NCBI GenBank assembly: GCA_043764975.1
Contig: JAYUJV010000394.1
Coordinates: forward strand, 1 to 22,071
Origin: Saprospirales bacterium
GTDB taxonomy: Bacteria; Bacteroidota; Bacteroidia; Chitinophagales; Saprospiraceae
Direction of reading: 5' to 3'
Length of the DNA stretch: 22,071 nucleotides
Below, in pieces: positions 1 to 8,473 of this stretch. Under the pieces are notes generated by a model that saw only the letters and a program-made list of their open reading frames with translations, was not told where the DNA came from and searched no databases. The first letter of the stretch is position 1. The number at the start of each line of letters is the position of its first letter. The position numbers and the translations under genes are program-made.

Positions 1-2
1 CT

Positions 3-299
3 ATGAATAGCTTTAAATCAAAAGACATCGAAATCAATATCGGTGGTAGTGGCGACATTGTTATGAAAGGCGAAGCAGAATCTATCGACGTCAATATTGG
101 CGGTAGCGGAACGGTAAAAATGTATAATATGCCAACCAAAAAAGCAGAAGTAAATATCGGTGGTAGTGGCGATTGTTACATGACAGTAAGTGATAAACTC
201 GAAGTAAATGTAGCAGGTAGCGGCGATGTGCATTATAAAGGCAATCCGAGTATCGAAAAAAATATAGTTGGTTCGGGTGAAGTAACGAAGGAGAATTAA
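3..299 (+). CDS. C-terminal fragment, 5' truncated by the window edge, of a DUF2807/GIN-domain protein (putative adhesin head domain).
   Basis: The ORF is open to the window start. It carries four copies of the NIGGSGD/NVAGSGD beta-strand repeat typical of DUF2807. The stop is at 297-299. Confidence 0.6.
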   Translation: MNSFKSKDIEINIGGSGDIVMKGEAESIDVNIGGSGTVKMYNMPTKKAEVNIGGSGDCYMTVSDKLEVNVAGSGDVHYKGNPSIEKNIVGSGEVTKEN

Positions 300-506
300 A
301 TTATTTTTAACTACTTGTGCATTTGTCAAGAAGATAGTAGAATTGAAGTTTTAGATATTTCCGTTTCAATAAACAATAGACAATTAGCAAAATTTGCATA
401 TTGCATATTGCAAATTTTACGGATTTTCTGCAAAGTCTTATAAATTTCAATCCATTCGATGAATAGCTAAGTAGTTCCATTTGTTCATACTAAATTTCTT
501 ATATTA

Positions 507-538
507 AGCCATTTTCTGAAAAGAGAATGGCTTTTTTA
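507..538 (+). terminator. Putative rho-independent terminator.
   Basis: Stem AGCCATT(507-513)/AATGGCT(526-532) followed by a TTTTTT run. It lies about 200 bp downstream of the DUF2807 stop. Confidence 0.4.
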
Positions 539-781
539 TTTGTACTCATTTATGATTATTTGGTCGTGTTTTTACTTGTTTTCATCGATAGTTGGAATTT
601 TATTTTGATTCTTTTGGTTTCATTATTATACATTTATTAACAAAATATTAACGATTTTAAAAATCTAAAATGTTTTTATTAAATTTATGAAAAATAGTTT
701 TTTAACAAAAAAAAATTAAAATACAACGAATAAATTCGTTGCTACTAAACAATTTTAAATCACAATTAATCAGTAAAAACA

Positions 782-2656
782 ATGGAAAACCTTATTCAGT
801 ATTGGTGGATACCAGTACTTGTACTCTGCATTGCAGCGTATCGCATTATCTTCCAATTGATGGGAATCGTCATCATACCAGAAGATAAAATTGGTCTCGT
901 GACCAAAAAATTTGTACTATTCGGAGAGCATAAAGAAATGCCGCCAGGTCGAATCATCGCCATACAAGGCGAAGCGGGTTATCAAGCACAAACGCTTGCG
1001 CCAGGCTTACACCTTTGGAAATGGATATGGCAATACGACATCACGATGCAACCTTTAATCATCATTCCTTCGGGCAAAATCGGGCTTTTGGTCGCAAAAG
1101 ATGGCGCTGAACAACCAAGTGGACGTGTTTTGGCGCGAAATGTAGCTTGCGATTCGTTTCAAGATGCAGTCGTTTTTATTCAAAACGGAGGTCAAAAAGG
1201 TCGTCAATCGACCATTATTACGGCAGGTACTTATCGTATCAATACTTTTTTATTTGAAATATCGCTCGTCGATATGTCGAAAATCGAAGAAAATAAAGTT
1301 GGTATCATAACCACACTCGACGGTGAACAACTCGATGGCGGACAAATCGCAGGGCAAACCATAGAAGGTCACAACAACTTCCAGAACGCCGATGCGTTTT
1401 TGAAAGCCAATGGCCGACGAGGTTTGCAACAGCAAATTGTGCTTTCGGGTTTATATAATTTCAATCCATGGTTTGTGCAAGTGGAGCAAATCGAAATGCT
1501 ACAAATTCCGATTGGTTGGGTTGGTGTCGTGAACTCATTCGTTGGGCCCGACGGACTCGATGTGAGTGGCGAAGATTTTAAGCATGGCAATATTGTTCCG
1601 AAAGGTTATAAAGGTGTTTGGGCGGAAGCCCTTGGGCCAGGTAAATACCCCATCAATCCATACACCATGAAAGTGGAGCAAGTGCCAACTACGAATTTGG
1701 TACTCAACTGGGCATCGGCGCGCAACGAGTCGCACAACCTCGACCGCCATTTATCCACGATAACGGTGCGCTCAAAAGACGGTTTTCCGTTCAACTTAGA
1801 TGTGTCGCAGATTATACACATCTCGAATGTAGATGCGCCACGCGTTATCGCCAGATTTGGTACGATGATGAACCTCGTAAGTCAAGTGTTAGAGCCAACT
1901 ATTGGTAATTATTTCCGTAACTCGGCGCAAGATGCTGATGTGATTTCGTTTTTGACAAGTCGTAAAGAACGCCAAAACTCTGCCAAAGAACACATCGCAG
2001 AAGTACTGACGCAATATAACGTAAATGGTGTGGACACGCTGATAGGCGACATTGTACCGCCAGATTCGTTGATGAAAACGCTGACCGATCGTAAATTGGC
2101 GGAAGAACAAAAATCGACTTTCGAGACGCAACGTATGGCACAAGAAACACGTCAATTACTTGAAAAAGAAACGGCGATTGCCGATATGCAAAAGCAAATA
2201 GTAGCGGCTCAACAAAGCGTTCAGATTTCTGAACGACAAGCCGAGGCAACAGTTAAGAAAGCAAGTGGTGACGCCAACTCTGTAAAGATACAAGCCGAAG
2301 CCGAAGCGCAACGCACCAAATTAATTGCGATTGCCGAAGCCGAAAAAACACGGATTATGGGTAATGCCGAAGCCGAACGAACACGCGCCACAGGTGATGC
2401 CGAAGCCTCAAAGATTTTGGCGATTGGTAAATCCAATGCCGAAGCGTATCAATTGCAGGTCGGTTCTATCGGCGGCGAAGGTTTCGTGAAAATGAAAATT
2501 GCCGAAATCATAGGTCGCGATGGTGTCAAAATCATACCAGATACATTGATTGTAGGCGGTGGCGAAGGCTCAAATTCTATCGTAGATTTGATTGGTCTGA
2601 AACTACTCGACAATTGGAAAAGTGAAAAGAAAGATGACTCAATCGGTGAAGCTTGA
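782..2656 (+). CDS. Flotillin-family SPFH/band-7 membrane protein (YqiK-like).
   Basis: The N-terminus has a TM helix followed by an SPFH-like region. The C-terminal part is E/A/Q-rich coiled-coil with AEAEAQ..AEAE..AEAS flotillin-type repeats. The 624-aa ORF is uninterrupted. Confidence 0.8.
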   Translation: MENLIQYWWIPVLVLCIAAYRIIFQLMGIVIIPEDKIGLVTKKFVLFGEHKEMPPGRIIAIQGEAGYQAQTLAPGLHLWKWIWQYDITMQPLIIIPSGKIGLLVAKDGAEQPSGRVLARNVACDSFQDAVVFIQNGGQKGRQSTIITAGTYRINTFLFEISLVDMSKIEENKVGIITTLDGEQLDGGQIAGQTIEGHNNFQNADAFLKANGRRGLQQQIVLSGLYNFNPWFVQVEQIEMLQIPIGWVGVVNSFVGPDGLDVSGEDFKHGNIVPKGYKGVWAEALGPGKYPINPYTMKVEQVPTTNLVLNWASARNESHNLDRHLSTITVRSKDGFPFNLDVSQIIHISNVDAPRVIARFGTMMNLVSQVLEPTIGNYFRNSAQDADVISFLTSRKERQNSAKEHIAEVLTQYNVNGVDTLIGDIVPPDSLMKTLTDRKLAEEQKSTFETQRMAQETRQLLEKETAIADMQKQIVAAQQSVQISERQAEATVKKASGDANSVKIQAEAEAQRTKLIAIAEAEKTRIMGNAEAERTRATGDAEASKILAIGKSNAEAYQLQVGSIGGEGFVKMKIAEIIGRDGVKIIPDTLIVGGGEGSNSIVDLIGLKLLDNWKSEKKDDSIGEA

Positions 2657-2835
2657 TTGAAATTAAAGTAATTAAGAAAATTAAGAAAATAAATTTAAAA
2701 ACTTGATTATCAATATTTTATAATTTATTTATCATAAAATTATTTTTTTTTAAGATTCAAGATTCTAAAATCATAATTTTCATTTAATGAATAAAAGGCT
2801 GTATTTTTGCAAAGCAAAGATGCAGCTTTTTTTAT

Positions 2836-3012
2836 GTAGCACCGAATTTATTCGGTATTCTAAAATCATAAATAAATATGTAAAAAAAACGTAAATTGGT
2901 TCAAGACTTACTATGTCTTGAAGACATAGTAAGTCAAGTCAGCAATAAAAACTAAAATGTTTTTTACAGAAACTAAATATATTTATAAATGACCGAATAA
3001 ATTCGGTGCTAC
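2836..3012. repeat. ~177 bp intergenic unit bounded by perfect 21-bp inverted repeats, with a 15-bp-arm central palindrome.
   Basis: The repeats are GTAGCACCGAATTTATTCGGT at 2836-2856 and ACCGAATAAATTCGGTGCTAC at 2992-3012. The central palindrome is GACTTACTATGTCTT-g-AAGACATAGTAAGTC at 2905-2935. Related direct copies sit at 724-746 and 3044-3063. Confidence 0.45.
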
Positions 3013-3065
3013 ATAACATAAAGATTAAATTTGTCGTTACGTTAGCGAATAAACTCGTTGCTAAA

Positions 3066-3950
3066 ATGAAAAGAAATCAATTTTTAAAATCTATGGCGAT
3101 ATTACCTTTTGCTGCAAATACTATGAAACTAAGCGCGCTCAATCAATTGACAAATCCGATTTTTGATACTGAAAAAATGCCAGTATTGTTTCTCGGTCAC
3201 GGCAGTCCGATGAATGCAATTGAGGAAAATGAGTTTGTGTCAGGATTCAGAAACATAGGCAAAACGTTTCAAAAACCAAACGCAATCCTATGTATATCAG
3301 CGCATTGGGAAACAAACGGCACTTTCGTGACCGCTATGAACAATCCAAAAACGATACATGATTTTGGTGGGTTTCCGAAAGCGTTGTATGATGTAGAATA
3401 TCCCGCGCCTGGCAGTCCCGATCTGGCGCTCGAAACCAAAAACATAATAAAAACAACTGATGTCGGTCTGGACGATAATTGGGGTTTAGATCATGGTGCA
3501 TGGAGTGTCATCAAACACTTATATCCTGATGCAAATGTGCCTGTGATTCAGATGAGCATCGACTACTCGAAGCCGCCACAATATCACTACGATTTGGGGA
3601 AACAGTTGTCTGTACTACGAAATAAAGGTGTTTTGATAGTCGGCAGCGGTAATATAGTACACAACTTAGGTTTGGTTGCTTGGGACAAAATAAACGTCGA
3701 TAATTATGCACACGATTGGGCTAGCGAAGCCAAAACGAAACTCAACCAATTCATATTAGAAGGCAACCATCAAGCGTTGATTGATTTCAGAACACTCGGA
3801 CGCGCTGTGGATTTGGCAATTCCATCAACCGAACATTATTTGCCACTACTCTATTCATTGGCTTTGCAAGATAAAAACGAACAACTTACGCTATTTAACG
3901 ATAAAGCCTTGGGCGGCTCGTTATCTATGACTTCGGTTAAGATTGGGTGA
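3066..3950 (+). CDS. ygiD: 4,5-DOPA dioxygenase extradiol (YgiD family, class III extradiol ring-cleavage dioxygenase).
   Basis: Family-typical motifs LFLGHGSPMNA and CISAHWET are present. I prefer the start at ATG 3066 (MKRNQFLKSMA..., signal-like). The track ORF extends back to 3006, but that extension overlaps the repeated upstream motif. Confidence 0.8.
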   Translation: MKRNQFLKSMAILPFAANTMKLSALNQLTNPIFDTEKMPVLFLGHGSPMNAIEENEFVSGFRNIGKTFQKPNAILCISAHWETNGTFVTAMNNPKTIHDFGGFPKALYDVEYPAPGSPDLALETKNIIKTTDVGLDDNWGLDHGAWSVIKHLYPDANVPVIQMSIDYSKPPQYHYDLGKQLSVLRNKGVLIVGSGNIVHNLGLVAWDKINVDNYAHDWASEAKTKLNQFILEGNHQALIDFRTLGRAVDLAIPSTEHYLPLLYSLALQDKNEQLTLFNDKALGGSLSMTSVKIG

Positions 3951-3958
3951 TGGTAAAG

Positions 3959-4001
3959 ACCTCCCTAAATCAGACCCACCCCGACCCTCCCAAAGGGAGG
4001 G
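3959..4001. repeat. Solo copy of the GC-rich CCTCCCTAAATC + CCCTCCC-AAA-GGGAGGG hairpin repeat. It may also serve as a terminator for the dioxygenase gene.
   Basis: ACCTCCCTAAATC at 3959-3971 and hairpin CCCTCCC/GGGAGGG at 3985-4001 directly follow the stop at 3948-3950. The same module occurs at 17041-17067, and inverted at 17197-17226. Confidence 0.45.
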
Positions 4002-4116
4002 AGAACAAAAGCAGTAGCTTTTCAAGGTAAAAGCAGCCTTATAAAGTAAAATTTTTTATTTTAAAATTTGACTTCGCATAATTTTTAAACTTCAATTCAT
4101 AAAAAACAGACTTCAC

Positions 4117-4689
4117 ATGGATTTACAATTCAACATAGACCAAATATTTACGGTCAGTTTTACGCTTTTTGCGGTCATAGACATACTTGGTGCCATACCG
4201 ATTTTGATAAGTCTAAAAGAGCGATTGGGCGAAATTCATATTGGAAAAGCAACGCTTGCCTCAGCTTTTTTGATGGTTCTTTTTTTATTTGTAGGCGAAA
4301 GTTTCCTTGGTTTTTTAGGCGTGGACATCAAGTCTTTTGCCGTGGCGGGTTCAATCGTGATTTTTTTGATTGGTTTAGAAATGGTACTCGGCGTAGAGTT
4401 TTTCAAGGAAGACCCTGGCACACCTTCGGGTAGCATCGTGCCTGTTGCGTTTCCGCTGATAGCAGGTTCTGGAACGCTCACTACTATTATTTCGCTAAAA
4501 CCAAACTTCGCAACACAAAACATTTTGATTGGGATTCTCCTCAATTTGGCAGTCATTTACCTTACTTTGTTGTCGCTCAAATGGTTAGAACGCATCTTGG
4601 GCAAAGCAGGATTGTTGGTAGTTCGCAAGTTCTTCGGCGTGATACTCTTGGCAATTGCGGTGAAAATTTTTAAAACGAATTTTGGGTAG
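4117..4689 (+). CDS. MarC-family (UPF0056) integral membrane protein.
   Basis: The 190-aa protein has about six hydrophobic helices. The N-terminal VIDILGAIPI motif and the GKAGLLVVRKFFGVILLAIAV C-terminus are typical of MarC/YhgN proteins. Confidence 0.8.
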   Translation: MDLQFNIDQIFTVSFTLFAVIDILGAIPILISLKERLGEIHIGKATLASAFLMVLFLFVGESFLGFLGVDIKSFAVAGSIVIFLIGLEMVLGVEFFKEDPGTPSGSIVPVAFPLIAGSGTLTTIISLKPNFATQNILIGILLNLAVIYLTLLSLKWLERILGKAGLLVVRKFFGVILLAIAVKIFKTNFG

Positions 4690-4732
4690 GTAAATATTTA
4701 AAACTATTTTTGTATGAAAAACAAAATCATAT

Positions 4733-5707
4733 ATGAATCAACATCAGGATTACGATAAAATATTTAAAGAAACGATTGAAAAAATTGGAACGCCTATTTT
4801 ACAAAAATTGTTAGGTATAGAAGCCGCTACCATTGAAAATGTGCCAACTGGGATTCCAAGAACGATAGAAAGACGAGCTGATTTTCTAAAAATCGGTATA
4901 GATAACGCAACTTTACTCAAAACGATGTATCATCTTGAATTTCAGTCAGATGTGCATTTTAGAAGCTGTTTTAAAACCTAATTTGAGTTAGAAAAAATAA
5001 GGATTTTAGATTTAGGTAAGGCTTATTTTTAAGTGCATAGCCTTAGCTATGGACTTGAAAATAAACAAAACATAAATTTAAAATCTTTTTTTATGACCAA
5101 AGTAGGTTTTGAAACGGCTTCTCTTATGTTGCATCGACTTTTAGTCTATTTTTCTTTATTTTTTGAAAAATTCAGATTGCCAATCAAGCAATATGTAATT
5201 TATCTCGGCACAGGAAATTGGACTGCCGAAACGCAACTTTCAATGCCCAATATTTCGTTTCAGTACGAAGTTATTTGTCTCAACACCATTGATTATGAGC
5301 TATTTGTAAATTCTGAACAACCCGAAGAAATTATATTGGCTATTTTAGCTGATTTTAAAAAACAAGATAAATCAAAGGTCATTCAACGGATTATCAAAAA
5401 CCTAAAAGACAAAACTAAAAACAAGAAAAAGTTAGAAAAGCTAATTATGCAGTTGGAAATATTATCAAATTTACGTAACTTGCAACTTGAAATCACTAAA
5501 CAACTCTCTACGATGTCTATAAATTATGATGTTACAAAAGACCTTCGATTTTTGGAAGGCAAAGAAATCGGTATTGCACTTAATACGAAAGTTTTAATTC
5601 AGAATATGCTTAGTTGGGGCAAACTTTCTATTAAGGAAATTGCAGAAGCTACCAAAGTTTCTATTGACGATGTTATTGCGATTCATAATGAAATGAATGG
5701 TAAATAA
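4733..5707 (+). pseudogene. Disrupted Rpn-family (YhgA-like) PD-(D/E)XK recombination-promoting nuclease/putative transposase. It is split into ORFs 4733-4981 and 5033-5707.
   Basis: ORF1 carries YDKIFKE...RRADFL...YHLEFQS (nuclease D/E-x-Q motifs). ORF2 carries the downstream LMLHRLLVY...IKQYVIYLG block. Both are in the same frame but separated by two in-frame TAA stops (4979-4981, 5030-5032). The ~50-aa spacer is absent from the family architecture as I recall it. ORF2 is only open from a GTG. Confidence 0.45.
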
Positions 5708-5748
5708 ACAACCTTAACTTATTTCAAATACGTTATCAAAAAACTAAA

Positions 5749-6660
5749 ATGAAATTGATAATAATATTGGCATTTTTTTTAGGATTAAGTTCATGCGCTC
5801 ATTTTGATTTTTATTCTAAAGTAAAAACAAGAACAGAAATAGAATATACATACAAGAGAACAAAAGATTATGGTATAAGTAAATGGCGAAAATCAAGTCA
5901 AAAAACAGGTTATGAACGTTATGATAAAAAAGGAAATATAATTGAAAAAGGAGAATATGGCGAAATATTCAATTTTAGTAGAATGTCAATATCTGCTGAC
6001 AGCTCAATTAATATTGTATGTGGACATGGCCGAAATTATAAAAAAATAGATAATGTCCATTATTACTATTATGACAGTTTAGGGGAAAAAATAAAAGTGG
6101 AATTTTGGCGATTCAAGGACAATAAAAAAAGCAATCTAATAAATACAACAACATTTGAATACGATTCAAAAGGTAAACTCATTAAAGAAACTGAATACAT
6201 TGATGAAAACATTATTTCGAGATTTGAAGACTACTCAAAAGACATAAGAAATAAAATAATCTCAAATGACAGTATTTTCAATTTCTCAAATGAAACTATT
6301 ACAAAAATTAAAGAGAAAAATCAAGATTTAGAAATAACAGATAATTTAGGAAGACCTATTGAAAAGATACATTATTATAAAGACAAATTTTCTTATCGCC
6401 AAGCGTTTCGATATGACAAAAGTAACAATATTGAAACTGAACTTCGATATGACGACAAGCCAGACAGTTTATGGTGTATAAATGAATGGCAATACAATTA
6501 TGATAGGCAACTCATACGAAAACTATGGAAAGTAGTTGGTAGCGAAACTGAAACTCGAGATATTTATATTTATGACAAGCAGAAATTACTAATAAAAATT
6601 TTAAATTATAACGGAGAAGTTCTTAAAAGTTATAAAAGATATAAGTACAAATTTTATTGA
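5749..6660 (+). CDS. Lipoprotein with about seven degenerate YD-like/MORN-variant (YwqK-like) repeats, in a very low-GC gene.
   Basis: Signal peptide with lipobox LGLSSC. The repeat unit xYxYDxxGxLIKExxY recurs (RYDKKGNIIEKGEY, YYDSLGEKIKVEFW, EYDSKGKLIKETEY, YIYDKQKLLIKILNY, and others). K/N/Y-rich. Confidence 0.6.
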   Translation: MKLIIILAFFLGLSSCAHFDFYSKVKTRTEIEYTYKRTKDYGISKWRKSSQKTGYERYDKKGNIIEKGEYGEIFNFSRMSISADSSINIVCGHGRNYKKIDNVHYYYYDSLGEKIKVEFWRFKDNKKSNLINTTTFEYDSKGKLIKETEYIDENIISRFEDYSKDIRNKIISNDSIFNFSNETITKIKEKNQDLEITDNLGRPIEKIHYYKDKFSYRQAFRYDKSNNIETELRYDDKPDSLWCINEWQYNYDRQLIRKLWKVVGSETETRDIYIYDKQKLLIKILNYNGEVLKSYKRYKYKFY

Positions 6661-6712
6661 TTGAAACATAAAACCAAACCTCAACCCACAAAAAAAATCC
6701 TTAATTGATAAT

Positions 6713-6758
6713 ACGTAAAAAGGAGAAGAAAACAATTGTTTTCTTCTCCTTTTTACGT
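6713..6758. terminator. Bidirectional terminator between convergent genes: a perfect 22-bp-arm palindrome.
   Basis: ACGTAAAAAGGAGAAGAAAACA-at-TGTTTTCTTCTCCTTTTTACGT. Both arms contain A/T runs. It lies between the + gene ending at 6660 and the - gene ending at 6812. Confidence 0.7.
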
Positions 6759-6811
6759 ATTTAAGCTATTTTGCTTTCATTAATTTCAAAAATTTAATAA
6801 AACTTTTGAAA

Positions 6812-8245
6812 TTAGTAAGACAATTCAAAATCTACACGACGATTTTTTTCGCGTCCTTCCTTAGTTCTATTGTCTGCAACAGGTTTAGTTTTTCCAAAAC
6901 CTGCAAAGCTCATACGAGTAGCATCAATCCCTCGTGATACCAAGGCATCACGACAGGCTTTGGCACGATCATCAGAAAGGCGTAAGTTGCGTTTTGCATC
7001 GCCTATATTGTCTGTATGTCCGCTTATAGTTAATTTATATGCTGGGTGTGATTTTAGCACATCTGCAATTTGGTCTAAAGTCGTTGCCGAAGATTTTAGC
7101 AATATCGCTTTCGATGTTTCAAATTGAATCATTTTTGTAGCCAAAGTTACGATTTCTTTATCTTCTTTTTTCACTTCTGGACAACCCATATTTGCTAAAG
7201 TCCCAGCTTCGGTTGGGCATTTATCTCTGCTATTGGCAACACCATCGCCATCGCTATCGGCGCAACCATTGAGTGCTGCCGTTCCAGCTTCGTCTGGACA
7301 CGAATCGTCTTTATCGGCTATACCGTCAGCATCGCGATCTGGACAACCGCCCATTGTAGCAAGTCCAGCAGCATTCGGACAAGCATCTTCGGTATCAGCT
7401 ACGCCATCACCGTCAGCATCGGGCATTGGGCAACCGCCAGTTTTTGCTGGGCCTGCTTGATCAGGACATTTGTCGTCTTTGTCAGCTATGCCATCTTTGT
7501 CACGATCTGGGCAACCTTTCAAGGCAATAGAACCAGCTTCAGTTGGGCATAAATCTTTGCTGTCTATTACTTTATCACCATCACTATCAGGGCAACCGTT
7601 CATCAAGACAAGACCAGGTGTGTCGGGGCAAGTATCTTCTTCGTCAGCCACACCATCTTTATCTCTATCTTGCATGATTGGTGTTGGAGGCGTTTTTGCC
7701 TTTTTTTCACCACCCATCAATATCAAAAATCCGATGCCATGTTGTAGGTTAGATTTTGTGGTGTTCAAACCATATCTATACTCCGATTGAAGGTTTAAAT
7801 ATACATCGTCCACAATCTTGACATTCAAACCTGCACCAACTGGTACTTGAAGACCTAAATTATTAAATTTTTCAGCAACGCTACCTATACCAGCTGTTGC
7901 ATATATTGTCAGGAGTTTATCTGGATTGAAATATTTCAATTGTCCCATTACATCTAAACCACCAATAACGTTGGAGCGCGTCAATTCACCATTTGTATTG
8001 TATGTGTTCATGGTTCCAACACGAATCGGGACAGACACATTGAACCAATTTGTGACATGATGCACATATCCAAATTCAATACCTTTCGACCAGCTATTAG
8101 CTGGTGCAATTTTATTATCTATGAGCGTTTTATTATCTAGCCAAATACGTTTCATAGTGATACCGTTAGTGTTGTAACGATGTTGAGCTTGCAACATATT
8201 TTGGCACAAAAGAGCAAATGCAAACAGAATATATATCTTTTTCAT
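6812..8245 (-). CDS. OmpA-family outer membrane protein with thrombospondin type-3 (TSP3) calcium-binding repeats and a C-terminal OmpA peptidoglycan-binding domain.
   Basis: Signal peptide, then a beta-barrel-like N-terminus. About seven D-x-D-x-DG-x-x-D..CP..AG repeats follow. The C-terminus is OmpA-like (TDNIGDAKRNLRLSDDRA...NRRVDFEL). Confidence 0.9.
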   Translation of the reverse strand: MKKIYILFAFALLCQNMLQAQHRYNTNGITMKRIWLDNKTLIDNKIAPANSWSKGIEFGYVHHVTNWFNVSVPIRVGTMNTYNTNGELTRSNVIGGLDVMGQLKYFNPDKLLTIYATAGIGSVAEKFNNLGLQVPVGAGLNVKIVDDVYLNLQSEYRYGLNTTKSNLQHGIGFLILMGGEKKAKTPPTPIMQDRDKDGVADEEDTCPDTPGLVLMNGCPDSDGDKVIDSKDLCPTEAGSIALKGCPDRDKDGIADKDDKCPDQAGPAKTGGCPMPDADGDGVADTEDACPNAAGLATMGGCPDRDADGIADKDDSCPDEAGTAALNGCADSDGDGVANSRDKCPTEAGTLANMGCPEVKKEDKEIVTLATKMIQFETSKAILLKSSATTLDQIADVLKSHPAYKLTISGHTDNIGDAKRNLRLSDDRAKACRDALVSRGIDATRMSFAGFGKTKPVADNRTKEGREKNRRVDFELSY

Positions 8246-8313
8246 TAATAAATATAAATTTATTTTTTGGAAATGATTAAATTTTATTGTAATATATGGA
8301 ATATTGATTTTAC

Positions 8314-8356
8314 AACTAAACCTCGAAGGGCAAATACAGTCCTTCGAGGTTTAGTT
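8314..8356. terminator. Stable stem-loop (16-bp perfect arms) downstream of nusB on the minus strand. Possibly a terminator or RNA-stability hairpin.
   Basis: AACTAAACCTCGAAGG(8314-8329), an 11-nt loop, CCTTCGAGGTTTAGTT(8341-8356). There is no strong U-run on the minus strand. Confidence 0.4.
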
Positions 8357-8473
8357 TATTGTAGTACTTTTTGTTATAAAGAATATTGAATATTTTAAAA
8401 ATATAACAATGTAAATTAAATACAAAAAGTTGTGAGTGTTGTAATTTTTTCTGCAAAAGTAAAGGATTTTTGA

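Noticed and set aside
1250-2436. Several minus-strand ORFs (61-116 aa) inside the flotillin gene.
   Set aside because: They are antisense to a well-supported 624-aa CDS. The composition is Cys/Arg/Ser-rich without motifs, typical of spurious antisense frames.
3951-4116. Possible tRNA or SRP-like RNA in the GC-richer spacer after the dioxygenase gene.
   Set aside because: No T-loop (GTTCRANYC) or acceptor/anticodon geometry is visible. The GC-rich segments are explained by the CCTCCC/GGGAGG hairpin repeat and a second small AAAAGC/GCTTTT hairpin.
7233-7790. Plus-strand ORFs 7233-7460 and 7470-7790 encoding S/P/A/G-rich peptides.
   Set aside because: They lie entirely antisense to the OmpA gene, within its thrombospondin type-3 repeat region. 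The low-complexity S/P/A translation is the expected antisense artefact of the GAC/GAT-rich repeats. There are no start-context or independent signals.
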